Shown: positions 11,278-24,100, numbered from the whole stretch's first letter. The stretch: DNA of 51,329 bases, filler included, from Catajapyx aquilonaris (GCA_000934665.2; 2 parts of 2 records of this genome joined end to end with filler, not necessarily neighbours in it), one strand, 5' to 3'. Made by a program: numbers and translations. The notes: generated by a model not told the origin, from the sequence alone.

Positions 11278-14200
11278 CTCGATTTGGAATGTTTATATGT
11301 TTGATGCAATTTACAAACTGGAGCACCAGGTCGTGAGAATTGAAGAAATGTGGATGAACAATTGCGTTACAGTAATTATCATGTGTGACTGCATGAAGTT
11401 TTTTCCCACGACAAAAGTAGTGAAATCCTCGTAAATTTCACAGCGAAGAAACAGTAGAGCACAAAGCGAGAGAACATAACCGTCGGATTTATGCTCAATA
11501 TTATTTCACATGTGTTCACACCTGAGCAGGTGTAGCAGGTGTAGTGTCAAAACAGGAATATTAGATTTTCCTTCCGGGTTGATTGAGAGGAAAGGGTCAG
11601 ATGTATGGTCAGTCTGATCACGACTAGTTCGGCTTGTTCCAAGGGGGGTCCTTAATTAGAGCCTAACACTATTATTGTCTATTATTACATGATTTATTCC
11701 TGTATATCTAGATGTGTAATTTGCAATTATTTCAAGTATTGTCCCCCATTCTATTATTGCAATGGTAATGTCCGCAATGGAATGTATGAAAGAGCAATAA
11801 TTACAAAATGTGGTAGTCTCGTGACGTTATGGGTCATGACCGCATTGTTTTACTAGAGATATTCTTAGTACTCGCAAGAATTTCTGGCAGCTCTTGTCAA
11901 TTTTTTTTTTCTCTCCAAGAAACGCGCACGGAATCTCAATTGTACTCGTACAGTGTGATTAGCAAATATAATTGAATACCTTGCCTTTCCCAACACCGAT
12001 ATTACCAAAAATGAGTCGCTTTCTGGAAGAAAACAAAGGGTCCTGTGAATATTATTTGATGATAATTTCTGCCTTGTATGTTTCAAATTCCAATTATATT
12101 GACAAGTAGTCCGAAATTGCAAGTATTATTCAGCTGATATGTCACATTGACTTACTGCTTTTTAATTGCCAACATTGCTATGCCAGCTGTAAAAAAATGT
12201 GCTCTTGTTCTGAACGGATATGACGGCCGCGCTACGTAAATTTAATTTCCACAGTACCAGAAAAAAGTGACATTTTTCAGCATGGTAGCTCAACCAGACT
12301 ATTTCTCCTGGAGCATTACAAATAATATAACTCACGCAAAGAGTAAAGGAGGAAAAAAACTTGCTATTGAAACATGTCGAGATTTTAACACCAGGACGCA
12401 AACGTGTGAGGTCGATTACATGTACCAAATATTGCATTCACATATTCAGAGAAATAAACAATATGGGTGTCTGCTTGGAGGCCCATACAATAGACACTTT
12501 CTCCATACAGATTATTCAACAGAATTCCTCAAAAGGAGCTCCGAATGTGGTCCATTATTATTTGCAATCTGCTAGATAATGGGTATCAGTCGCACGCATT
12601 ACCAATGCCACGATTGTTGCATTATTACTTCCAAAGATCACGTGCCTAAATTCTGGATGCGATAACAACACAAAAGGAGACAAGGATTGCGTCTGATGAG
12701 TATCGTAATGTTTCGTGTACCGTACTTAGAGTTTGCATGTGACCTTCCAGCATTTTTTTTTTTCTTTTCAAAAAACCCAATCTTTTACATTTCCTGCTCG
12801 GTTTTTGTTTGCGAATAAAACCATTTTACACGAAAGGCGTCATATAGTGTTGTAACTCAGTCTGACATTAAACTGACCACAAAAGGATCGTATGAAATTG
12901 CTGGGCATGGCAAGGTCTCCATAATGCGCCATTACTTTTACAGTGTTACGATAGTCATGCATTTTAAGGTCATTGGCAGATGTCTTAAGACAAACACTCC
13001 AGATACTTTCTATTTCTTTGCTGTCTCTCACAGGTGGTATTCTTGGAGGCCAGCCACGTGTCTTGTTGACGACAAATTCTGGCGAATTCCAAGACAATGA
13101 TTGTGCATCAGAAATCATATTCTGTCATGAATAGTGCGATGAAGTGCTTCCCTCCAGTGGGGGGCAGTGTCCTTCCGACCTTCTAAGGTTCCATCTGTAC
13201 ATGTTGATACCTGGAGAATGGTGACACTATCCCATAGACAGCCACGTGAGCAGGACTGGAGGGGCGGTGGTCCATCCTGAGAGGCCTTCCCGGAGGCGCC
13301 TCCCACTCTTCGAGGGCATACCGCGACTGTGTGAAGGACTAAGGAGCCCCATTTGAACACTGTCGATCCGTGCCATCAGTCAGGACTTAACATCATGGCG
13401 ATCGTCGCCGAGAAGCCTCCCATTGTCGACCCACCTGCGACACCTGGAAAAGAATCGGAACCATGTCTGGACATAGCCACCAGGACATTTCGTCGCTATC
13501 TGGAGGCCTTCTTCAACTGGTGAGAGTGATACCCCCCGTTGGTTACCCCAGGGCTGTGCTGTCCCAATTCGATACCTTTCGATCATACATACAGCTGTCG
13601 GGGTGTGTACCAGGTTGCACCAACTAAGAATATTAGGGTGTGGACTCCCTGTGGTTTCTAGATATTGATGGTGTTTCCATCACAATATTTTTTATTCTTA
13701 ATTTTGATTCAACTGGCAGAAAATATTGTTATGAAATAAAAGGGCAGGGTATATTGCAGTGCAGTGTTGGTGAGGCAATGTGATCGGGCGAGAGATGAAG
13801 AGGTGCGGTTTTTGGAGGTCCTCCAGTGTCCGTCACGTGGCCCCATTCTCTCTCGTCCGTCCATCATCACTGCTTGTCACATATTATAATCGAATCGGGA
13901 CCGTATTAGGCGATGGAAAAAGTGTTATCGATGAGTGCAATGACTTCTTCTATTTATGGCGGGGCTTGAATAGACACTAATTAAATCGTGTTCCAGTTGT
14001 GGCTCTTAATTTATTTTTTCAAATGCTTCAAAATGAAAATTCATAAAATAAATTTGGACGAAAATAAATTTTTGGGGGAACCATCACATTTTCTTTCCAT
14101 ATTCATGAACGAACGTGCATGTGGAACCATACACGAAAGCTCATCCTTTTTCAAGCTGAAAATTAATGTATCTCGAGAGAAAATCTCGGCCCCAATTCTG

Positions 14201-14693
14201 CAGAGAAGTTTTCACATAGTTGTGGTGGTGCACTTGTATATCCACGCTTCAAAGTGATGTAATCTTTGCATACTTTATAACAACATCACTCCAGCCTGGG
14301 GGCCGCCTTGACACGCGCATATAATTAAAAAGAATCATGTAATCTCTTGTGTGTAACCAATGTAAGATAACATCGAATTGCAAGCACGTGCCCCGATTGG
14401 GATGCTGCATGGGTATATTGCAAAATAGTACAAGACCTACGTGCCTTTTATTATGTAGTGATGAAGGGACCTTCGTGGTAACACCCTCAAGGTCTCTTCC
14501 TCCAATGGAGGTGAAGTTCAAACGCCTTGGAGACTTAAGAGGAACCGATTGTTCATTTTTTTTGCCACTTTTAGTGACAGTGGTGATGACCTTTATCACC
14601 AAGGTGAAGGTGTTTTTGAGGGAGTGGACCACATTTTGACAGATGGATTGCATGGTCCGTGACACACATTTTTAGAGGACAATGTTTCCCTAG

Positions 14694-17600
14694 GTTGGGG
14701 CTGTTGGTTGGACGACATCCGAAGAGGACCATCTTCTTGTCTCTGGTTGTGGTGGCTGGATTGGGTGCAGGTCTTGCTTGCTGGAAGGAAGAGGAGGATG
14801 TCATCCTGCTATGGACCGGAAGTGGGACACAGCTGAGACGTGACGCGTTTTGGGTGAAGAAGTACTTCCCGGACACAGCGAGGTTCCAGCATGTTATTGT
14901 CGAAGCGGACAATGTGCTGGATCCGAAAGTCATCCGATTTGTAAGATGAATGCTGTCTTTTCCAGCTGGGCGTCTCACTCACGATTTATTTTCCAGTTGT
15001 CAAGATTGGACGAGGCGGTGAAAGGAATCAAAGTTGATGGACATGGATGGAGTGACGTGTGTGCTGGGTATGCTGTGAGAGATTAGTTTCTAATATCCGA
15101 TTGGTGAATGTTTTTTTAATATATACATACTCGGTGTAGGTACCACGAATTGTTTGGCGATGACAGCAACGGTTCTAGAAGGAGGAAAAGAACGGCTGAC
15201 AATAGCACAGACGAGGAAAAATCGCATTGTCTCACACGTCACTTATTGAGGTTATGGGATACCAACAGGAATGTAATCTACGACCTCAACGAAGCGGAAA
15301 TCCGAAATAAACTGACTTCAATTCTCGTTTTTGGGTACGTACAGTGTGGCTATAATTATTTTATTGATATTGATTGCAATCTTTCTTCACAGTGCCACGA
15401 GCGACCCTCCAGATTTGTCGGATTTGCTCTCAGGAGTGAGCTACGATGCTAAAGGTCAGGTGGTAGGTGCCAAGGCCACTTGGATGACATGGATGCTGAA
15501 GAAGGACGAAGAAGCCACAGCTGTAAGTACAATTTGTGATTGCTTCAACCAGAGAATGGAACCGACATTGTGAGGATCCAGCAATGGTCTACTTTGCAGA
15601 CATGGGAACGAGAGTTTGTCCCAACTGCATTGGCGGCTGCAGCATCCAGTTTTGCTCCAGCTGGAGTACGTGTGTGGGCACTTGCAGCCAGAAGCTACGA
15701 AGACAGTGTGGGTCAAGTGGTCAAAGGGGACGTTCCAGCACTCATAGGAGGTGTGGCCCTGATGCTTGTCTTTGCTGCCATGGCACTGGGTCGATGTGGG
15801 TTGGCTCGTCCAAGGGCCGCATTGGCAGTGCTTGGGGTCGTGGTGGCACCCATGGCACTCCTGGCAGCGTACGGAGGAGGTGCAGCACTGGGGGTGCCAG
15901 CAGGTCCCATCCACTGCATATTGCCGTTCCTCTTGCTCGGAGTTGGTGTCGACGACATGTTCGTCCTTCTACAGGCTCTGGCATCAGTGCCGAAGGTACC
16001 TCACTTTTTAACCTAACCACATGCCCAATTTAACACTTCCTCAACTTGTATAGGGGCTGTCGGTACCAGCTCGTCTGGCTGAGACTCTCAGGCAGGCTGG
16101 AGTGGCAGTGACGGTGACGTCGTTCTCCAACGTCGCTGCCTTCGCCGCTGGAGCAGTTACCACGGTTCCTGCATTGCGATGGTTTTGTCTCCATGCTGCA
16201 GGTGGAATACTTGCATTACTGGCGTTGCATGTGACCTTCTTCGCCGCTTGTGTCGCACTGGACGAGGCACGACGGGATAGACTGGAGGAATCCAAACTGG
16301 AGAAGAGCAAAACTGTTCTCATATCTAAAGTCGGGGATCCAGGTCCGTCATCTTCGTCGTGCTGCTTGCCCATACGAATATTCAGCTCGGCATGTTCCGG
16401 TACTGCAGGTACCGGCATTGTCATATTAATGCAATGGTACTGACGTCTGAAGCCATTTGTGTACTCTTTCCAGGACGAGATTTTCTCCAGGAGTTTTTCT
16501 CCAACTGGATGGCCCCTTGGCTGCTGTGTCCTGGAGGAAAGGTGGCCACTGTAGCCGTGGCTGTTTCTCTTGGGGCTGCTTCATGTTATGGGGTCATGCA
16601 CCTGCAGAACAACTTCGATCGCCTGCTGTACCTGCAGCCTGAGTCTGATCCCGCAAGGTTCCTCCATGCTGTGAGAAGACTCTTTCCTGCAGAAGGAGAG
16701 AGGGCTGCAGTGTACCTTCCGCCCATAGACTTCCTGCAGGAAAGGCAGAGGCTCATTTCTCTCCAGCAGCTCCTGCAGGACTGTCCATATGTGAGACCAG
16801 GATCAGTCAAGTTCTGGATGACTGGTTTGCAAGAATGGCTTAACTCCAAAAATGGTAGGAGCTCTTCCGCAGTACTTCATTAGAAGAACACTGGTACAGT
16901 TAGGCAATTTTGAACAGTACACACACAATAAGACATACATAAGCAAAAAAAATCATAAAGAAGAGCATTGCTAATTTAACTTTCAAATTCGACACTATTA
17001 CATAATACCACCAAAAAAACCACCTTGTTTTTGGTCGCTTGTCTGGAGGAAGTGGGCAGAACTGTCAAGATTTGGTTCAAACACGTGAAATCGCTTCCTC
17101 TCCTTGCAGAGACGTTTCCAACAAGCCGTGACGACTTCATGTCACAATCCAGCGATTTCCTGATCTTTTCGCCTGAGGGACACAAATTCATTCAAGATGT
17201 TCGTTTCACTGGTTTTCCATTCGGTGACTTCAACATTACTGTAAGTACTGTTCATTTAAAAAATAATAATTTACTGAGTTTTATTCTTAATTATTTTAAA
17301 TTCAATATTTTAATGATGAAACAAGATTAATATTGCAGGACAAACTGTGCAGAAAACTTCAATTACAGTGATGTGAAAATATTTTCAGCATTCATTTTTT
17401 TCCTTCAGATATATTCTCCAAAGGAACCATTTGGCTGTACAACAATAATTATTCACATGAGTTTCTGTTTTAAGGCATCCCGCATGCGTTTTGCACATCT
17501 TCCACTGGCCAACACGACCCAGCAGCGAGAGGCCATGGCTTGGCTCCGCTCTCTGGCCTCACATGTGACCCTTCCGTCATCACTGGACCCATCTGGATCT

Positions 17601-18769
17601 GCATTTGCCTATGCTGACGCCTATGTGACCTGGGAGGCCAACCAGGCCATATCCAGAGAGTTGGGCCGTAACCTTGGACTTACTTTGGCTGCGGTGGCCG
17701 CAGTGACTCTGATCCTACTTCCCAACGTGCGTGCCTGCTTTTGGGTTCTGGCCTGCGTGGCACTCACCCTGCTGGAAGTTGGGGGTGCCATTTACTTCTG
17801 GGGACTGGCTCTAGAGCTGGTGACATCGCTGGTGGTTATTTTAGCAGCTGGACTTGCAGTGGATTACGCAGCCCATGTGGCGCATGTGTTTGTTCATACT
17901 GGTGGGACTAGGAATGATCGAGGGAGAGAGACCCTCGCCAGGATAGGACCTGCAGTGCTTAATGGGGGTCTCTCCACCTTCTTGGCATTTGCATTGTTGG
18001 CAGACTCGAAATCCTATGTCTTCCTCACATTCTTTAAGGTTAGTGATATTGGGTCCCATCATTGTACAGTACAGTTAGCATAATGATTTTGGAGTATTTG
18101 AGCAATTTCCATATTTTCTGATGCAATGGAATTCACTTCCAGCTCATCCTGGCTGTCGTGACATTTGGATTGTTCCAAGGGTTGTTCCTCCTTCCTGTGG
18201 TCCTCAGCTGGTGTGGACCTGACTCAAGTGAATCCCCATCTACCTCTGCTCATAGCAGCCCTCCTGAAGAACCAAAAACGCCTATCATTACCATCTCACT
18301 TGGAGTAGACAATCATGGTTACAACCCACCTACCCCACCAATTCCGCATCCCCAGCCAACATCACCCTTGCCCCCTCGCCCTGTCACACCTCATCCAGAC
18401 TACACGCCAGAACCTTCCCCTAAAAAACCTCGTCGTCCAACCCCACCACCAAACTTGCCGTTACAGATCCCCAAAGTGAAGCCACTGGGTGAAATTGAAG
18501 AAGAGGCTCCCTACTCATCAGACGAGTCATTCGCATCAAGGAAGTTTCACAAAAAGCGGCGACCAGGTCGTCACTTATCAGCACCAGACATATACGAGGG
18601 CAAAGTGGCACCACCGTCGTATGACAGTGCCATTAGGTTAAGCTCTGATGACAGTGATGATGCATCATCAACACCGTCAACCTTCACTAAAGCGCCATCC
18701 GGGGAATCCGGATATGCAACTCCAGAACCAGTATTCAGTGGTTGTGCAGACAAAAAACAATGGCAATAA
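14694..18769 (+). CDS. Patched-related / PTCHD3-NPC1-family sterol-sensing-domain (RND) membrane protein; 5' end unresolved
   Basis: Exons 14694-14940, 14997-15067, 15140-15334, 15393-15522, 15582-15995, 16054-16408, 16474-16854, 17110-17240, 17475-18038, 18143-18769, phase-consistent. Motifs LGLLVGRHP, PFLLLGVGVDDMF (TM4), AGVAVTVTS, GLAVDYAAH (TM10), GPAVLNGGLSTFL, FGLFQGLFLLPVVLS; Pro-rich tail. Start-codon exon not determined. Confidence 0.9.
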
Positions 18770-18825
18770 TGCTGGGTGGGTGTAATAACTTTAGTGCACT
18801 ATGGTTATAAACAAAAAAACAATAT

Positions 18826-20822
18826 TCAGCTCTCTGTAGGCCATTCCTCCTGGTTGACATCGTAGTCCTTCATGTGTGACTGCAGGACCCACCAGCGATC
18901 CAAAAACCCAACGTCCATCACCCGCTGATGAAGATCCACATAGCGGGGCTTTAAGTATTCACACTGTGCTGAGTACAGGCCCAGATGTGCATCCTGGTTG
19001 TCATACCATAGCAAAGTCATGAAGCCCAAGTTGAAGAAGCGCAGCTGTAAATAGAGTGGATTTGAAGTGCATTTGTTAATGGGTGTGTTTTTGAACATTA
19101 TGACAGTTACAATGTTGCAAGAGCAGTGAAGATGAACCACAGGGTGTCTTTAGCTGCTATGTGCAGTATTTAATGACTTTTGCATGATTTTATGTTGGTT
19201 ACAAAGTGAAGCGTAAGTCGTTGAGATTGTATGCAGCCACTTTGACTCACCATGTTTATCCTAAGATGTCATTTAAATCAAGGTGATCACCCGTCACCTG
19301 CATGTATTTAATATGGGTGCCGCACCAACAAAAACAGCACAGATACTGCATTAACAGTTGATGACTGGCAGGAATCAATAAATACCACATTCATGGTGCA
19401 CCTCTAGTTGGGAAGTGAAAACAGGAGCACAAAAGTCTTAACAAGTTGTCGAAAGGTGCTGTTACAATTGACCAAACCTGACGAGATGACACCATATTTT
19501 CAGAGAACTGGTTTTTTTTGGCCCACCCACTGCATAATTATATGGTTGATTTTTCAATAAATCGGATGACTTGGAGCCATGTAATGCATGTATTTTGCTT
19601 CCAAGGCTTTGATGTTCATTGGAACAATTACTTGCTAGAAGAATATACTATCATTTCATCTAAAAATGATAGGTAAGTGGGCTGGCAGTCCATCTTAATT
19701 TTATCAGCAATCCTCATGCATAACAGGTTTAATTACAGGTTGATCCAATGGGTGGTATGTGTCACTTGAGCCAAGAAGCATCATATGCAATAATTACCTT
19801 TCCTTGGTTGACCAGCCTTTGCATCTCCAACAGGTAGCTCTCCGAGTTTCGATTCCTTTCACTGTCGGAGAGCAGCAACGTCTTAAGCCCACACTTGACC
19901 AGAGTGTTGTGGAAATGCTCTTCGTCTGGTTTCACAAACGAGGCCCCAAAGAGGAATCCTAAGGTCCCTGTAAGAACTGCCGTCCTCTTGGGATGATCCA
20001 CAGCATCTTTCGCAGCGTCACTCAGTGCTTCCTTGTAGTCCAGGAACATGCCCCTCCAGTACATGGCTTGGAATGCACATGCAGCTCATTACGCAAAAAC
20101 ATATATTTAACCCTTAACTACGTAGGTGGGCGAAACACCTTTAACTACGTAGGTGGAGCCTGAGAGGCTCCAACGGTATATTTAAATTTATGCTTATCAA
20201 CTAAATTGTTATATTGGACTTTTCACATACAGAAAGTGCAGTTCAGATCATTAGGCTTCCGAAAACGCAAAAATCACACGCTGAGTCAGCATATTCTGAC
20301 AGGGAAAAATTTTTAATTAAAAGGTTACATCAACAACTTTGAGCAACTTTGAGCATTGAGCCGCTCTGGCTTCACCTGCATAGGGATAGCCTGAGTGGTT
20401 AGAGGGACATGTTCCTCGTTACGAATTTTTTAAAACCAAAAAATAGGGACTAAAAATTTTTTTCTTTCCTTTTCATGCTTAGGAAGGTTTTTCTGACAAA
20501 GTCACGGAAGGAGAGTGGAAAATAAAATTCAATGAAAAAGTTACATGCGTTTAAATAGTGCTTGGAGCCTCTCAGGCTCCACCTACGTAGCTAAGGGTTA
20601 AAATCGGATTATTAATCATTATAATTTACCATATTTTTCAATGCGTCCTCCCTTGAGCTTCTCTGGAAAGGTGAGTTGCTGTGCCCATTTCACGAAGTTG
20701 GACACTCTGTAAAGAGACTTTATGTAGCAATCACACACTTGAAATATCTTTAATTACTGTAACTGTAACATAAAAATTAGTGCTCACTTTTGATTCCGCA
20801 TGAGGAACCTGGAGGCCGACAT
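18826..20822 (-). CDS. TIMM29: Mitochondrial TIM22-complex subunit Tim29 (C19orf52), 4 exons
   Basis: Exons (minus) 20822-20788, 20706-20630, 20066-19798, 19044-18826. MSASRFLMRNQKV...YWRGMFLDYKEA...LLLSDSERNRNSE...LRFFNLG...LYSAQCEYLKP...RVMDVGFLDRWWVL...DYDVNQEEW matches recalled Tim29 motifs (LYQARCRYLQP, RVLDVGFVGRWWVL, DCDIN). Confidence 0.9.
20111..20597. mobile_element. piggyBac-type non-autonomous element in TIMM29 intron 2
   Basis: TTAA on both sides (20107-20110, 20598-20601); ends CCCTTAACTACGTAGGTGG / CCACCTACGTAGCTAAGGG; internal inverted GGAGCCTGAGAGGCTCCAA. Confidence 0.88.
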
Positions 20823-21183
20823 GTTGGATACTACAATAGTCAGCTATGCACCTGAGAGCAACTTGCATCAGCCAACTAATCTGCCTCAACGGTAATGACA
20901 TAAATTAACCTAAATATTTAACGATTGTAAATATAGTTAAACGCAACTTTAGCTAGGCTTATGTTTTTGTCCAGAGTGAAAGGAACTTGATATGACTATT
21001 TATCAAGGTGTTCTGTACATTTTAATGCAGAGTGTAATAAAACTGATTTAATATATTTTACTGTTATATATTTAATTTATCTCATGCTGATGACAGCTGT
21101 ATGTGAAAAGCACTTTAAAATGAATATCGTTTCCGACTATTCCTCCCGTGTAATAATAAACAGATGACCTTGTGACCGCCAAC
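20823..21183. promoter_or_regulatory. Probable bidirectional promoter between TIMM29 and YIPF1/2
   Basis: Head-to-head ATGs at 20822 (-) and 21184 (+), 361 bp between them. Inferred from geometry only. Confidence 0.6.
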
Positions 21184-24100
21184 ATGGCAACTTCCAAAGC
21201 AGCGATTCTCGATCTCGACGTGAGTAATTATTTCCCAGTTAATCAGGCTGTTCAATTACTTCGCACTCGTTTAATAAGCATTCTTGTAACTCGTAGGTTG
21301 ATGTGCAGCGAGAAGCGGAAGCGCAGCTGCAGTTCCAGGGTAAGGCGGATGGGTTACGTTGGCCAGTGACATGTCATTTTCATCATTTGTTCCATTTGCA
21401 GAGTTCTCGCCGTCGACATCGTCGTCAACGTCGCTTCCTTTGGGCCAGCAGCAGACGAGCGGGAAGCGGGAGCAGGTCATAAACTTCACATCGTTTCCAG
21501 ACACGCCAGGATCCGATGATGAGGATGCCGAGACACAGGTGAATGCTTAGCTGATGTCGTAGCGTCTTATTAGAGCAAATAAATGCACCAATGCATCAGG
21601 GGACGTTGTGGTCAATGTGCATATTAACTGACTAAGAAATACAGAAAATCTGGATGTTTGAGTCCGAGGACAAATGCATGCTTGACATTTACTGTACTTC
21701 ATGCTATTAAGAGCAAACCAGGACCACGTTTGGGGACAAAAAACCAATGAAGCTACGAGGGCCGTACTAAAATTATTTACAATATATTTTTTTGCCACAA
21801 TTACAGTGCCCATACAGGTCGGCAGATAGTCACACATTATAGATAGAATGCTCCTGGAGCCGAATGCACTGCCACTCATAGGTGTGTCAACGTCTCCAGG
21901 CCATCCAGGAACCACTTTTTGAGGGTGCGTGGCACCCACGACCGGACAACTGTGCACAATCAACAACGTAAACAACTGTCAACAGTGTCCTCGAAATGGC
22001 GTCGGCGAAGGGTTTTTTCTCATGGATCTGGGTTTGGGTGCTTCCATACCCACTGCACTCACCCGGCTTGGCCCCTTGTGACTTTCACCTTATCAGATCC
22101 ATGAAAAAATCTCCTTTGCCGATGCCATTTCGAGGACATTGTTGACTGTACGTAAGCAGTTGTCCGGGAGGGGGTGCGCGGAACCTCCAAAAAATGGTTC
22201 CTGGGGAGGCTGGAAAGGTTGACACACCCATGAATCCTGCTCATTCAGCTCCAGGAGGATTCTCTCGAGAAAGTGTGACTATCTGCCGACCGGTACGGGC
22301 ACGGTATTTGTGGCAAAAAAATAAATTGTGAATCATTTTAGTACGGCCCTCGTAGTTTTGACATTGCTCCTCGGTTCCATTATTCCAAGGTTGCTTACTG
22401 TGTTGCCCGGTCTCGTTAGCAGATCCCTGAACCATTTGTGTTGTCGAACCTGTGCGGCTTTGTTTGCCATTGTGAGCTCCCAAGAACTTCATGAGAGTGC
22501 ATTCATTTTGTGACATGTATGTCAGTGATAATTTAGCATTTTGAGCTAGTAGCAGTAGTATCGGCCAGTTGGGTTTGGTTGGAGGGAGAGTCTTATGGAT
22601 ACACTAAACAATCTCTTATTCAAATATCTGGGAACCAAAAAGCAATAGACACTTCCTCCTCAGTCATGTTGGTGTGGTCCCCATGGATGCCACTTGTTCC
22701 TCCTTTCTAATCAACTGCTATAAATAATGAGAAGCAATACGATAAACAAATTATCCGAACGCTGGAACAATCAAGAGTGACTCTTAACACCCATCTCTAA
22801 ACATTGTTCCAGGGTTCGGCTCCAAGCGTGCCTGTAAAGCGAGCAAGATTCTTTTCATGGAAGTTGCGTCCCATTCTGGATGACAAATATACAGACCTGC
22901 CACTCATCATTGAGGCATATGCTGCTAAAATTATAGACCCTAAGGAGACATCAGCACTCATGAAGCAACTTAACAAAATCATGCCAATTCCTAGCCTGCT
23001 GCACTTGAAGAGGGTTAAGAATCTTTATGATGGAAAGGTAGTGCTAGAAAGGAGTGTTTTGTTATGCCTGAAAGACTCTGAGAGATCTGCCCCTTGCCTG
23101 GAAAAGTTGGGCTTAGACACAACAGGATTAGATGTGGAGTCAGTTATGACAGTTTCAGTTCCTGGAAAACCACCATTAACTCGCTCCCAGTTTGAGCAAT
23201 GCAACAAACTGTGGCCATGCAATTTTCGGGAGGATAAGGAGTTAGAAGCAACTTTGCTGAGCAGCAGGTTCAGCTCTTTGGATCTGGTGACCATGGAGCA
23301 GCACATGGCACTTGCTTTGGAAATTGCAAAGGAAAGTGCAGCAGGCATTGCAGCTGCAATATTTGACTCTTCTGGCAGCCTAGTTTGCAGAGTTGCAGAC
23401 AGGCGTGAGTCACATCCTTTGCAGCATGCAACGATGGTTGCTCTTGATGAAGTTTCAGCACTTCGAGGTGGTGGGTCCTGGAGCACAAATAAAGTGACGC
23501 CTGAAGAGAGAAAAGACACTGATTACTTATGTACACGGTATGATGTGTATGTTACACGTGAACCATGCTTGATGTGCGCAATGGCATTAACACATTCAAG
23601 GGTTGGCCGTGTCATGTTTGGATGCACGAGCGCAAATGGAGGTCTTGGAAGCGTCACCAAACTGCATTGCCTGGGTGGGATTAATCACCGTTATGAGGCA
23701 TTTGGAGGCATTTTGGAGGCAGAATGTGCCAAAATTTGTCAGAAATAAATGGTTTTTAAGTTTTATTCTCATTGATTTTGTATTAGTTAACAGTCCCGCA
23801 CACAGTGTCCATAAGCAACATTTTACAGCATCCTAGATTTTTAAATTCTTCGGCAACTTTTATCGTACTAGTATGCATACATTATGCACAGTTACTGTGA
23901 TCTTTTATATTTGTAGCATATGTTAAAAGAATAAGTGGTGGAGGAACTGGTAATTACTAGGCCATATTGCCCATATAGCTAGGTGAGTGAAATGCTAAAT
24001 TGAGTGAAATTATGAGTAAAATTTACATTAATTAACTGGTCTTACTGACAGAATGTTGTACTTTTTTCCCAATGGTTCTTTTTTTGTTGTTGCAGCTTTT

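Noticed and set aside
14505..14693. Start exon(s) of the SSD gene
   Set aside because: A plausible frame (...VDHILTDGLH) exists, but joining it needs an intron of about 35-45 bp or a non-canonical donor, and no in-phase ATG exon was found; left unresolved.
22804..22812. TTG start for ADAT3 as given in the ORF track
   Set aside because: These bases form a splice acceptor (ttgttccag); splicing is the simpler explanation in a eukaryote.
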